In this document: in pieces, positions 6,930-18,371 of the stretch | Layout of the letters: the number at the start of each line of letters is the position of its first letter | Numbering within the stretch: the first letter of the stretch is position 1 | DNA from: Candidatus Latescibacterota bacterium | GTDB lineage: Bacteria > Latescibacterota > UBA2968 | Assembly (NCBI GenBank): GCA_965198115.1 | Contig: OZ240241.1 | Coordinates: 416,001-480,000, forward strand | Direction: 5' to 3' | DNA length: 64,000 bases | Program-made: the position numbers and the translations under genes | The notes under the pieces: generated by a model | Seen by the model: only the letters and a program-made list of their open reading frames with translations | Databases searched by the model: none | Told to the model about the DNA's origin: nothing

Positions 6930-9470
6930 TAGTGTCGTGTCCCGCGAATAAGTTTTAGAAGTCTGTTGAGTTTATCGAGGACCGAGTCAGCGGTTGCCGT
7001 CCACACGAAAGGCTTTGAGTTCTGATTGTATTGGTCTGTGAACTTCTGGATGCAGGTGATCAGATCCTTGACGTTCCGAAAGGTTCCTCGTCGGATTGCT
7101 CTTTGTGTGATGATGCCGAACCAGAGAGCTATAATCAAAAGGTGTGGAAAAAGAGAAAGGGCGACCCTACCCTTCCCGTGAGATAGTTGATTCACACAAA
7201 ACCGGGTGAGAGGCCCGGTTGGGAAGGAGGATCGCCGTGAAGGAACATACGCATAGAGCCCCATTGAAGTCCATGCCGACGTGGGAGACGGTTGACGATT
7301 GGATCCGTGAAGAGATCCAGAGCCGGTTCCAGTCCATTCTGGAGGAGGAGGCGACCGCGTTCTTGGGCCGGTCGTGGTATGAGCGCCGAGCCGAGGTCGA
7401 TAGCTCCAGGGGCTACAGGAACGGCTACGGCAAGCCCCGGCGTCTCTCGACGAGCTGCGGAACGATCAAGGTCCGGCGTCCCCGGGTTCGTGGTCTGGAA
7501 GAGCGGTTTGAAAGCCGCATCCTCCCCCTGTTCGCCCGGAGAACCAGGGCCATTGGAGATCTGCTTCCCGACCTTTATCTCCACGGTCTCTCCCAGGGCG
7601 ACTTCGAGTTGTCTTTGCGTGCGCTGCTCGGTGATGGCGCGCCGCTTTCGCCGACCTCGATCGCTCGTCTTCGAGGGAAGTGGGAGGTCGACTTCCAGGA
7701 CTGGAAAGAAAGGCGTCTGGATAATCGCGAACTGGTCTACGCCTGGGCTGATGGCATCTACGTCAAAGCCGGGCTCGAGCGCGAGAAGGCGTGTCTGCTG
7801 GTCGTGATCGGCGCGATGAGCGACGGCAGCAAGGAGATCCTGGCGATAGAACCCGGTTATCGAGAGTCTACAGAATCCTGGCTCACGGTGCTCCGGGATC
7901 TCCGGGATCGCGGGCTCGAACATCCTGTCCTGATCGCCGCGGACGGGAATATGGGCATCTGGGCGGCCGTTGATCAGGTCTGGCCAGAGAGCCGGCAACA
8001 ACGGTGCTGGAACCACAAGATCCTCAACGTGCTCGACAAGGTCGCCAAGCGTGCACAGGCTGAAGCCCGCGCACTGCTCGTCCAGATCCCCTATGCCGGC
8101 ACGAAAAAGGAGGCCGAGAAGCTCCGGAAACGCTTTGCCGCACGGTATCGCTCACAGTTCCCTGCCGCCGTGGAGACGCTCGAAAGAGACTGGGATCGGA
8201 TGGTCACGTTCTACGACTTCCCGAAGGAACACTGGAAACACCTGAGAACCACGAACGTCGTCGAGAGCCCCTTTGCTTCCGTTCGGCTTCGCACAAACGC
8301 CGCCAGGCGATTCAAGAAAGTCAGGAACGCCACGGCTCTCATCTGGCGTACGCTCAAGGTCGCAGAGAGCCGATTCAGGAAACTCACCGCGCCACACTTG
8401 CTACAACAAGTCTACGATCAGAAACACTCAACCGGACCGCAGGTCGAAACCGGGAAGATGGCCGCCTGATTTCTTTTACACACCTATTGACCTGAGCTCA
8501 CCAGATCTCTACCTGGTTTAGCCAGGAGGCATACGTTGGTGTGTAGTGCACGTGGTATCTTTTACGTGAGGTGAGCCAACGTTTGACGTTCTGGTGCTTG
8601 TGAGTGCCGTAGTTATCGACGACCAGATGGATGTCGAGATCCTTCGGGACGTTTTTGTCAATGTGCTTGAGGAACTGAAGGAACTCTCTGTTGCGATGTC
8701 TGGGCTTGCACTGAGTCAGGACTTTTCCTGATGCGATGTTGAGCGCCGCAAAGAGGGTAGTCGTGCCGTGCCGTGTATAGCTGTGAGTGACGCCCTCGAC
8801 ATACCCGAGGCCCAAAGGGAGAATCGGTTGCGTCCGTTCGAGTGCTTGAATCTGGCTCTTCTCGTCTATGCAGAGCACCATTGCGTTGTCCGGCGGGTTC
8901 AGGTATAAACCGACGATATCCCTGACTTTCTCGACGAAGAAGGGATCGTTCGACAGCTTGAAGTGCTTCTGCCGATGCGGCTGCAGTCCAAAGGCTCTCC
9001 ATACACGTTGCACTGTGGACTTTGAGAGGCCCGTCTCATCGGCCATCGCTCGACAGGTCCAGTGGGTGGCATTCTTCGGCTTCTTCTTGAGCGTCTTGTA
9101 GATGAGTGAGGAGATCTCTTCGTCGCTAACGGACCGCGGACCACCAGGACGTAACTCGTCATACAGTCCCATCAAGCCTTGCTCGCAGAAGCGACGGCGC
9201 CATTTGCCAACGGACGCTCCGGACAACCCGACTCGTTCGGCGATCTCCTGATTGGTCAGACCACCATCGCTCAGCAGGACGATCTTCGCCCGACGCACCA
9301 GAGCGTGAGGCATGCTGCGCGAACCGGACAACGACTGGAGTTGATCGCGGACTTCATCACTGATGTTCAGTGGTTGTAACGGACGACCTCTTGCCATCGG
9401 TTCCTCCTCACAATGAGTGCCTGAGGAACCTTACGACTGTATCACGAATTTTTCTAGTTATTCCTGAGAT
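6930..9470 (-). mobile_element. IS630-family element interrupted by IS256; left end truncated
   Basis: Transposase 9397->8500 plus 7125->6929 (CIDEKSQIQAL, VVDNYGTHK, WLNQVEIW|FGII); removing IS256 and one ACCAGA restores the frame. Confidence 0.9.
7126..8499 (+). mobile_element. IS256-family element A, copy 1 (transposase ~7219..8469)
   Basis: WADGIY, ADG, QRCWNH, RTTNVVES motifs; imperfect IRs GAGCTATAATCAAAAGGTGTG / GAGCTCAGGTCAATAGGTGTG; 6-bp duplication ACCAGA. Confidence 0.95.
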
Positions 9471-9840
9471 GGGTTACAACACCCGGAAGCTCGTTGAGAT
9501 TAAGTCCAGCTGAGTCTGTCAGCGACCGGTTACCTTCGTTTTTCCTTGAGCCGAGTTTCTCTTCGGGATCAGGTAGCCAATGAGAGTCGATAGAGTTTCA
9601 GAAGGTTGTGTGTGAGACAGATCAGGTTCCATTCTCTGATGACTTTGTGGATTCGGCGGAATGAGAATCGGGTGAAGTTCCGAACGGATTTGATCTGTCC
9701 AAACACGGGTTCGATGATCTGTTTTCTTTTCCAGTAGGTGCAGCGACCTTTCTGTGTGAGAAGCTTTCTCGCCATTTTGTCTTTCGTCGTTGCGCCCTTG
9801 GGGATCCGTCCCCTGGGGCAGGTCGCGATGGGCGTTCCAT
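9471..9840 (-). mobile_element. IS1182-family 3' fragment
   Basis: Near-identical to ~42340-42705; RKQIIEPVFGQIK motif. Confidence 0.9.
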
Positions 9841-10046
9841 TGTGGCGACGACAAAACAGAAACGGGGTGCGGGAGGAAGCTGTAAACCGCCTCAAGGAGG
9901 CGGGGATAACAGCGTCGGCGAGGATGGTCGATGCGGCGCTCCGCGCCCGGACGAGCGACGGTGAGGACAATGGGCAGGGACAACGTCTTCTGCTCACCGA
10001 CCCCGAGCCGTGGGACGGCCCCGTGGACGGTGCTGACTTGATAGAT
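9841..10046 (+). pseudogene. Fragment of a satellite-type primase/DUF3631-like protein
   Basis: GQGQRLLLTDPEPWDGPVDGADLID motif; cut by IS on both sides. Confidence 0.55.
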
Positions 10047-11466
10047 GGCTATATCCGGATCTCTCAACGAGATGAAGTGGGTGAAGGTGCCGTGGTTCCT
10101 GGCATGGGGGCGCGGTTAGAGTGTGCGGAACCTCTTCGGAATCTGCTCAGGGATGTTTATGTCTCCGACGGTAAGGAAGATCATATCGTTGAATGCGTCG
10201 AGTGTGCGGAATCCGCTGGCTCGGTTCTTGACGATTTGGACGATTCGGTTGAGGCCTTCGGCGATGGCGTTGGTAAGACGCGTGTTCACGAATGCGAGGA
10301 CGCCGAAGAAGTGCTGTCGCAGGGTCCTGACGAACTTTCGCAGGGGTTCAAGTCGACTTCTGAGTGCGGACGTCGTCCAGCATTTCAGGAAGCGTTCGGC
10401 AGCCCAGGGCGCTTTGTATTCCCAGAACTGCTCGAACTCGTCCTTGAGTCTCCAGGCTCTATAGATTCGGTAGTTCGCCTTCTCCAGTGCTTTGAGTGTC
10501 CGAGTATCCCCTCTGGAGCGTGTCGCTGAGTGCCGGTAGAGGAGCCATCGGAGGCCCTTCATGGCTTTGCGCTCATCCGGGGCAGCTTTACGCCACTGGT
10601 CCTTACGGACCTCGTCAACGGCGGCATTGAGAGCCTTGACGATGTGAAAGCGATCGAGGACCAGCTTGGCATTCGGACAGTGTTCCTGGATGGCTCCGAT
10701 GTAAGCTTCGCTCATGTCGCAGCAGGCCCACTCGATCTTGGATCTCTGGTAGGGACTGAGAGCCTCTGTGAAGAACCGATCGATCGTTTTACGCGCCCTG
10801 CCGCGGCCAACCCACACCACGCAGGAGCGGTCCAGATCGTAAACGAGCGTGGCGTACCTGTGACGCTTGGCGTAGGAGATCTCGTCGATCCCGATGGTTT
10901 TGAGCCCTCGGATACGATGACCTTCACGAAGCCGCGTGATGGATCGGTGAAGGAGATCCGACAGCGTCGAGGCAGAGATGCGCAGTAACTCGGACGCCGC
11001 CTTCTGCGTCATGGTCTGGCAGTAGCGCAGCATGGCATACTCGAAGCGATACGTCACCCGAGAGAACCGCTCCGCCCACGGAATCTCCTCGACCACACGA
11101 CCGTGGGTAGGACACCGAATCTCCCGAGGATGGTAGAGAAGCCAGACCCTCCACCCGCACACCGGAATGTCACGCCACCGACGCGGATGGGGCATTGTGC
11201 GGACGATTTTACCTCGACGGCCGCACTCCGGACAACAACAACCATTCTTATGTGGCTTTACGGCGATGACGAAGCAGCTTCTCCCCTCAAACCACCAGCT
11301 GACAACACGGAACCCCTTGAATCTCAGCAGTTTCGATAGTAATCTGCTCCCGGTCATAGGTCGCACCCCCTTCGCTTTGATTGTCCTACACACACAACCA
11401 AGCGTAGGGAACGATCTATGACCTTGTCATTCTATAGTTTCACCGTTGAGAAACCCGGATAGAGCC
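10047..11466 (-). mobile_element. ISL3-family element (transposase 10116..11393)
   Basis: Zn finger CPECG...CPTHG, IGIDE, CCDM, LDRFH, TNAIAEGLN; IRs GGCTCTATCCGGGTTTCTCAACG / GGCTATATCCGGATCTCTCAACG. Confidence 0.97.
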
Positions 11467-11471
11467 TTATT

Positions 11472-12898
11472 GGCTATATCTGGATCTCTCAACGAGCTGA
11501 AGTGGGTGAAGGTGCCGTGGTTCCTGGCATGGGGGCGCGGTTAGCGTGTGCGGAACCTCTTCGGAATCTGCTCAGGGATGTTTATGTCTCCGACGGTAAG
11601 GAAGATCATATCGTTGAATGCGTCGAGTGTGCGGAATCCGCTGGCTCGGTTCTTGACGATTTGGACGATTCGGTTGAGGCCTTCGGCGATGGCGTTGGTA
11701 AGACGCGTGTTCACGAATGCGAGGACGCCGAAGAAGTGCTGTCGCAGGGTCCTGACGAACTTTCGCAGGGGTTCAAGTCGACTTCTGAGTGCGGACGTCG
11801 TCCAGCATTTCAGGAAGCGTTCGGCAGCCCAGGGCGCTTTGTATTCCCAGAACTGCTCGAACTCGTCCTTGAGTCTCCAGGCTCTATAGATTCGGTAGTT
11901 CGCCTTCTCCAGTGCTTTGAGTGTCCGAGTATCCCCTCTGGAGCGTGTCGCTGAGTGCCGGTAGAGGAGCCATCGGAGGCCCTTCATGGCTTTGCGCTCA
12001 TCCGGGGCAGCTTTACGCCACTGGTCCTTACGGACCTCGTCAACGGCGGCATTGAGAGCCTTGACGATGTGAAAGCGATCGAGGACCAGCTTGGCATTCG
12101 GACAGTGTTCCTGGATGGCTCCGATGTAAGCTTCAAGCTTCGCTCATGTCGCAGCAGGCCCACTCGATCTTGGATCTCCGGTAGGGACTGAGAGCCTCTG
12201 TGAAGAACCGATCGATCGTTTTACGCGCCCTGCCGCGGCCAACCCACACCACGCAGGAGCGGTCCAGATCGTAAACGAGCGTGGCGTACCTGTGACGCTT
12301 GGCGTAGGAGATCTCGTCGATCCCGATGGTTTTGAGCCCTCGGATACGATGACCTTCACGAAGCCGCGTGATGGATCGGTGAAGGAGATCCGACAGCGTC
12401 GAGGCAGAGATGCGCAGCAACTCGGACGCCGCCTTCTGCGTCATGGTCTGGCAGTAGCGCAGCATGGCATACTCGAAGCGATACGTCACCCGAGAGAACC
12501 GCTCCGCCCACGGAATCTCCTCGACCACACGACCGTGGGTAGGACACCGAATCTCCCGAGGATGGTAGAGAAGCCAGACCCTCCACCCGCACACCGGAAT
12601 GTCACGCCACCGACGCGGATGGGGCATTGTGCGGACGATTTTACCTCGACGGCCGCACTCCGGACAACAACAACCATTCTTATGTGGCTTTACGGCGATG
12701 ACGAAGCAGCTTCTCCCCTCAAACCACCAGCTGACAACACGGAACCCCTTGAATCTCAGCAGTTTCGATAGTAATCTGCTCCCGGTCATAGGTCGCACCC
12801 CCTTCGCTTTGATTGTCCTACACACACAACCAAGCGTAGGGAACGATCTATGACCTTGTCATTCTATAGTTTCACCGTTGAGAAACCCGGATAGAGCC
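11472..12898 (-). mobile_element. ISL3 tandem copy; transposase frameshifted by a 7-bp duplication
   Basis: Same element after 5-bp spacer TTATT; AAGCTTC duplicated at 12128-12141. Confidence 0.95.
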
Positions 12899-12899
12899 T

Positions 12900-13134
12900 A
12901 AAAAAAGCGCTCGCTGATTTCGAGTTCAACGCGCTCGGACAGCTTGAAAAGGCGGCCAAGTTAGATCCGCGATCGTGGACGGCCCTTGCGTGGATCCTCG
13001 AGCGCCGATTCAATCACTGGCGGCGACCAGCGGATCGAGTGTCAATGGAACAATCGGGCACGATCACACTCGCCCAGATAGTGAAGGCTGCAGCGGATCG
13101 GCGTGAGCGCGAGGGACTTGCTTCGAAGAGATGA
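12900..13134 (+). pseudogene. C-terminal fragment of a terminase-small-subunit-like protein
   Basis: Own translation: KKALADFEFNALGQLEKAAKLDPRSWTALAWILERRFNHWRRP...* (W.A.AW.LERR motif); 5' end lost at ISL3. Confidence 0.6.
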
Positions 13135-13269
13135 GAGAGAGTGATTCATCGTAGCGTGGAAACTAACCGCATGTCAACCGTATCGAGCGATCGGATGCTA
13201 CGGAAGAACACGCGCCACTCCCAGACAAATCCATAGACTCCGCCCAGGAGAAAACCATGATTGCAAAGT

Positions 13270-13316
13270 TGGTGGGCCCAGCAGGACTCGAACCTGCGAC
13301 CGATCGATGATGAGTC
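13270..13316 (-). other. 3' half of a CAT-anticodon tRNA (Ile2/Met): att-site remnant
   Basis: Reverse complement GACTCATCATCGATCGGTCGCAGGTTCGAGTCCTGCTGGGCCCACCA; no 5' half. Confidence 0.8.
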
Positions 13317-13683
13317 ACTATCCGGTGCCTTCCACTTTGCATCGGTTTATCCGGGTTTACCCAGGTTTGTTCCAAGAGGTCACCGTGATATGCGCCCTAT
13401 GTCATAACACGTTGTCCACTAAATAGTTGTCCTCCAAGTATCGGGGATGGACACTTTTTGGACACCTTGGGCGGACGGGTTGGTTGAGCCATTTGGACTG
13501 TCCACCGTCCACGATCTCCAGGTAAAGGGTTCTTTGTACATCAGCTTGACAGGTGTTTACAATGTCAATCCGTCTGATTTGGCCAGAACTCACTCTATGA
13601 ATGGGTTTTCTCTATTTACGTGTCGGTGTGCGCGTTACAATCTGGGAGAGCTCTTCCGATTTCTTTACGCATAACCGGGTTCG

Positions 13684-14523
13684 ATGAAACTCAAGAACAA
13701 ACATTTCGAGGCAATCGAGCAGATCGTGGCCTGTCAAATTGAGGGCGACGGCATCTCGGAGATGGCACGTCGTTGTGCGGTGTCACGCCAGACGATCTAC
13801 AGCTGGCTGCGCGATTCAGCCTTTCGGGAGGTGCTCGATCAGCGTCGTGCCCTGTGGGATCGCGACATCGGCCAAATCAGGTTGACGCGCCGAAGGGCAA
13901 GGATTGAGGATTTGGCTGCGATCGCCGAGGATCCGGCGACGAATGACTCGATCAAGCTGCGGGCTTTGAAGCAGATAGCCGATGAGACGGCCGCTGACGT
14001 GGAGGGGATGTTGGAAGCCCTGCAGGAGCAAATTGATCTTCTCGAGCGCCAGATCGCCGGTGAGGTCGGGTTGGCCCTTCACCGTCCAGAAGGCAAAAGT
14101 CCGATGAAACTCAAGAACAAACATTTCGAGTCGATCGAGCAGATCGTGGCCTGTCAAATTGAGGGCGACGGCATCTCGGAGATGGCACGTCGTTGTGCGG
14201 TGTCACGCCAGACGATCTACAGATGGCTGCGCGATTCAGCCTTTCGTCAGGTGCTCAATCAGCGTCGTGCCCTGTGGGATCGCGACATCGGCCAAATCAG
14301 GTTGACGCACCGAAGGGCAAGGATTGAGGATTTGGCTGCGATCGCCGAGGATCCGGCGACGAATAACTCGATCAAGCTGCGGGCTTTGAAGCAGATCGCC
14401 GATGAGACGGCCGCTGACGTTGAGGGGACGATCGAGTCCCTGCAGGAGCGAATTGATCTTCTCGAGCGCCAGATCGTCGGTGAGGTCGGGTTGGCCCTTC
14501 ACCGTCCAGAAGGCAAAAGCACA
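13684..14523 (+). repeat. 420-bp in-frame tandem duplication of an HTH (phBC6A51/terminase-small-like) gene
   Basis: Units 13684-14103 and 14104-14523 are highly similar; ISEMARRCAVSRQTIY.WL.D..F HTH. Confidence 0.85.
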
Positions 14524-15368
14524 ATCCGTGGTCACGGTTGGTCGGGGAAGCGGAAGCTTACTATCCGACGCTCGCTCGTGACGGTGCGGCGGACACGGGC
14601 TATGAGGTGTGCGGGTCGATGGTCGTCGCCGTTAATGCGGCTGAGAGGGACACTTTCGAAGAGGCGAGCGTGGGTGTGGTGCGGGGGGATGGACGCGGCG
14701 ACAAGGCCGCCGTCGTGGATGGCGCGCGTGCTGGAGCAGTCGGGCGTGGCTCACGGGCTCGAGGTGCGGCGCGCTTCCGTCGATCGTGTCGAGGTCGAAG
14801 GTGGGACAGCGACAGCGGTTGTCGCGGACGGTGAGGAGCTGACCACGGGGCTCCGTCGTCATCGCCGGGGGGCGTGGTCTAACGCGTTTGGCGAGCAACT
14901 CGGGGTTCGTCTCCCGGTCGGGCCGATGCGGGGGCAGATCGCGCATCTGGATCTTGGGGAGACGGATACATCGGGCTGGGTCATCGTGAGCGGGTTTCGC
15001 GGTCACTACCTGGTACCGTGGGACGACAATCGTGTGGTTGCCGGTGCGACACGGGAGATGGATGCGGGCTATCGGGTCGAGACGACGGTCGAGGGGATGC
15101 TCGAGGTGTTGTCCGAAGCGATCCGGGTCGCCCCCGGTCTCCGAGGAGCTCGGGTGAAAAGGAGTTTCGCGTCGGACTGCGGCCGGCGACGTCCGACGGC
15201 TTTCCCATCATCGGCGTCATCCCCGACGCAGCGAATGTGCACGTGGCGACGGGTCACGGCCCGATGGGGCTCCACCTGGGACCCTACAGCGGAAAGGTTG
15301 TGGCCGATGCGATTCTCGGCGAGAGAGACGAGACTTTTGCCGTGTTTGGAGTCGAACGATTCGGTTGA
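14524..15368 (+). pseudogene. Degraded FAD-dependent oxidoreductase (ThiO/DadA-like)
   Basis: GAWS, PMRGQI, GLRPATSDGFPIIG, VATGHGPMGLHLGPYSG in different frames; N-terminus missing. Confidence 0.85.
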
Positions 15369-15467
15369 TGCGACGAGACAGCTACTGAGGACACAGAGGT
15401 GATGGAACAAAGTTCCAATGACCACCGCGGTACCAAGGTCTTTGACGTAGCAAAGTGAGGTGAAGTG

Positions 15468-15510
15468 ATGGAGTACCGAAAACTCGGGCGAAGTGGGGTG
15501 AAGGTTTCGG
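15468..15510 (+). pseudogene. First ~14 codons of an aldo/keto reductase
   Basis: MEYRKLGRSGVKVS after GAGGTG. Confidence 0.6.
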
Positions 15511-15630
15511 GTGGATCATCGAACGTCACGGCTACAAGACGCCCTGAACAGGCTAGAAACGCACTCACGGCGACTCGAAAGGCCGCCTGAATACACTCAC
15601 CCGAGTGTCCAGACAACCGCGGGCTTTACA
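15511..15630 (+). mobile_element. IS3/IS481-like 3' end remnant
   Basis: WIIERHGYKTP integrase-core tail and terminal TGTCCAGACAACCGCGGGCTTTACA. Confidence 0.5.
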
Positions 15631-15993
15631 CTCCTGCTGTGCGGTCTCGGGATTCGCGCGACCCGGCTAAGGACGCCGAACCCGTCCGGCAGGTACCGCA
15701 TGGGAGGGTGTCCAGAATCTTTCACATAGTGAGAGCGGCAACCCTCGGTCTGCGTGATGACGCCGCCGAAGCGTCATGGCGACGTCGAGGGCGAGGAGAC
15801 GTCGGTAGGAAGGACTCGTCGCGCTCGAGCGTCGACGCCGACGCCTCCGCGAATTAAGAGCGGATCCTTGAACACACGTCCGGAGCCAGGGGATTGCACA
15901 ACCGGTCTTTTCTACAATCGTCCGGGTGTCCTCCGACACGGAGCTGCTCAGGGCGCAGCACGCGACTTGCCCGCGGATCGGTCGCGGTCTAGA

Positions 15994-16881
15994 TCAGCCG
16001 CCGAACACGTGCCTGACGGTGAACAGCAGCGTCCAGTAACGCGTGCCGGTAAACGTGTCGGTGTGGGTGAAGTTCGGGTCCAGAGCGTGGGCCGAGTGCA
16101 GCTGGTATCCGCCGGTGTATTCGATGTCGGCGAGCATCGAGTACGTCAGCTTCGCGCCCAACGCGGTCCGTTCGTTCAGGCCGAAGTCGGTCCCGGCGTG
16201 CAGGTGCCCGGCCAGCACGGTGTCGGAGAAATCGGCGTCCAGGCGGGCGTTGTAGGACGACAGGGGCGGGTCGTGGGCGGCGCCGTTTCCTGCCGTATCC
16301 AGGTACTCATCGGTGAAGCGCACCCCATGGATGTCGACGAATGCGGGTCCCACCCCGCCGCCAACGTAGGGGGAAAACCCGGATGCCGCATCGCGGAAGT
16401 CGTAGTACGCGTTGAACGCGAGGATACGGACGGCAAGGTCGTCAATCGAGGACTCTGTATGCGAGGTGACCGCAGTGTTTTGCCGATCCTCCATCGCTAT
16501 ACCCTCGAGCGTGGTGACGCTGCGAAACATCTGATCGATGTCGTTCCTACGTTGTGCGAACAACAGCTCGAGGCGTGCGCGGTTGAGGATGAACCCGGTC
16601 GAGAGCTCGAACATGGCGCCCGCCCCGGCATCGAGGTCGTAGCCCCAGCGGTATCCGGATACTTCGGGACGGGGGTCTTCGTCGAAGCAGGCGTCCGTCG
16701 GATAGCACAGCGGATCCCGGTTGAAACCCGTCTGGTTGATGTCGGAAGCCCAGTTCGCCCCACCGCCGCTGCCGACGTACCAACCGGACCGCCGCGTGCC
16801 GCTCTGAGCCGACGCGTCCGAGACGGAACAGAGTACCAGGATGCCACCCAGGACTGGTGCAACAAGTGATGCAATACGCAT
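15994..16881 (-). CDS. Outer-membrane beta-barrel protein with signal peptide
   Basis: Signal peptide ...ASAQ, GWYVG, FNAYYDF, FSPYVGGGVG, aromatic C-terminal strand; GGAGG RBS. Confidence 0.8.
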   Translation of the reverse strand: MRIASLVAPVLGGILVLCSVSDASAQSGTRRSGWYVGSGGGANWASDINQTGFNRDPLCYPTDACFDEDPRPEVSGYRWGYDLDAGAGAMFELSTGFILNRARLELLFAQRRNDIDQMFRSVTTLEGIAMEDRQNTAVTSHTESSIDDLAVRILAFNAYYDFRDAASGFSPYVGGGVGPAFVDIHGVRFTDEYLDTAGNGAAHDPPLSSYNARLDADFSDTVLAGHLHAGTDFGLNERTALGAKLTYSMLADIEYTGGYQLHSAHALDPNFTHTDTFTGTRYWTLLFTVRHVFGG

Positions 16882-16965
16882 GAATATCCTCCGCAGGGTC
16901 GTGAAGAAAACCGGATGACTCCTATCGCATCGGCCTGGCGGGCATCCGGTGTCCCGTGTCGGTCG

Positions 16966-17310
16966 TCACGTGGGAAAAGGCAACCAGACGCTTACGTGGC
17001 CCCATCCGATCGGCGAACGCGGCCACTTGCTCATCGCGATCGGCCACGAGCGGCGCCTTGACGACTCGGACGCCTCTTGCGCCGTGATCAGAATCTCATC
17101 ACCCTCGCACCAGTCCAGCCCGCGCAGGACCGTTTGGAACGCTTCGCTCACCCCTCGAGTCAACGCAAGGTCCCCAGGGCCCACACTCAGGAAGCTCGCA
17201 ATCCGGTCGATCGACGCGGTCCGTCTGGGCATCTCCTCGTCGGGATAGGCGATGTGCATCGGCCCGCGCGTCGTCAGTTCTTCCATCAGGGCGGCGTGGG
17301 CGTCTGCCAC
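16966..17310 (-). pseudogene. Aminotransferase class V / cysteine desulfurase fragment
   Basis: IASFLSVGPGDLALTRGVSEAFQTVLRGLDWCEGDEILIT. Confidence 0.7.
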
Positions 17311-17710
17311 CGGCCGTGGCGTGATATCTGTTATAAGTTACTTATAATAATAGACTTATTATCTGCCATACCAACCTTGATGGTGATGACATCGTCGATC
17401 ACGGGTCGGCGCTGGTGTGATTTGGGTAAGGACGAGGGCATTACATCGCTGCGGCGACCGATACTCAGCAAGATAACCCTCGTCAGATGGGGGCTGCAAA
17501 CAAAGCAGCTGTTGCGTCTGCCACCGATTACGAAGACCAGCATTCGAGATATAGAAGAGTGGTCGTCTAAGACAGGCTCTCTCGTCCAAGATCTTTAAAA
17601 GGCGGTTTTCTGGAGCGAGTGTCAGGTAGTTCGATACACAACGAAACGCGTACCTGAAAGCTCCCGCTGGCATACAACTCTATTGTACCATCCCAGTCTG
17701 ACTTCAGTTC

Positions 17711-17767
17711 CCGTAATCCACTCCATCAGCCACGCTTGCCCACCGTTCCCCACTTCGTATCTTGGGT
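17711..17767 (+). promoter_or_regulatory. Orphan copy of the sensor-kinase promoter/leader seen at 55766-55827
   Basis: CCGTAATCC.CTCCATCAGCC..GCTTGCCC.CCGTTCC...ATCTTGGGT shared; TTGCCC-16-TATCTT. Confidence 0.6.
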
Positions 17768-18360
17768 TGACCTGCCCCCATCTATGTGTCCACATCCAGA
17801 GTTAGGATATGGCTGCGGTGAGCGGTTTGGTGACCGCTTCAGGTGCAGGTGGGCGATAGCCCAATGAGCTGTGTGGTCTGATGTGATTGTACTGCCAGCG
17901 CCACCACTTGGTCAACACCCTAGCCTCCTCCAAGGTCGTGAAGATCTCACCGTTGAGTAGCTCGTCTCTGAGCTTCCCGTTGAAGCTCTCGATGTATCCG
18001 TTCTCCCACGGGCTGCCCGGCTCGATGAACAAAGTTCCGACCTCCAACCTCGAGAGCCAGTCCCGAACCGCTTTGGCTACAAACTCCGGCCCGTTATCCG
18101 ATCTGATGTGTTTCGGGACACCATACCTCAGCATCAGCTTCGCCAACGTCCGCAGAACGTCCCGTGATGTTTGCTTGCGAGCGACCTCGATGGTCAGGCA
18201 CTCACGCGTGTATTCATCCACGACTGTCAGGAACTTCAACGGCCTCCCTTCACGTGTGCGATCGAACACGAAGTCGTAGGCCCAGACGTGGTTACGATGC
18301 TCGGGTCTGAGTCTGATGCAGGAGCCGTCGTTGAGCCAAAGTCGACCCCGCGCCCTTTGA
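17768..18360 (-). mobile_element. IS3-family 3' half (integrase core and IRR)
   Basis: WAYDFVFD, RSDNGPEF, PGSPWENGYIESFNG, YNHIRPHSSLGY; end TGACCTGCCCCC. Confidence 0.92.
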
Positions 18361-18371
18361 CGGGAGGACCG

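Noticed and set aside
5665-13316. Functional tRNA genes at 5665 and 13270
   Set aside because: Both lack the 5' acceptor strand and D arm and have imperfect anticodon arms; treated as att remnants.
13684-15402. 572-aa HTH-oxidoreductase fusion as a functional protein
   Set aside because: The oxidoreductase part lacks its FAD-binding N-terminus and switches frames; a read-through of a deletion junction.
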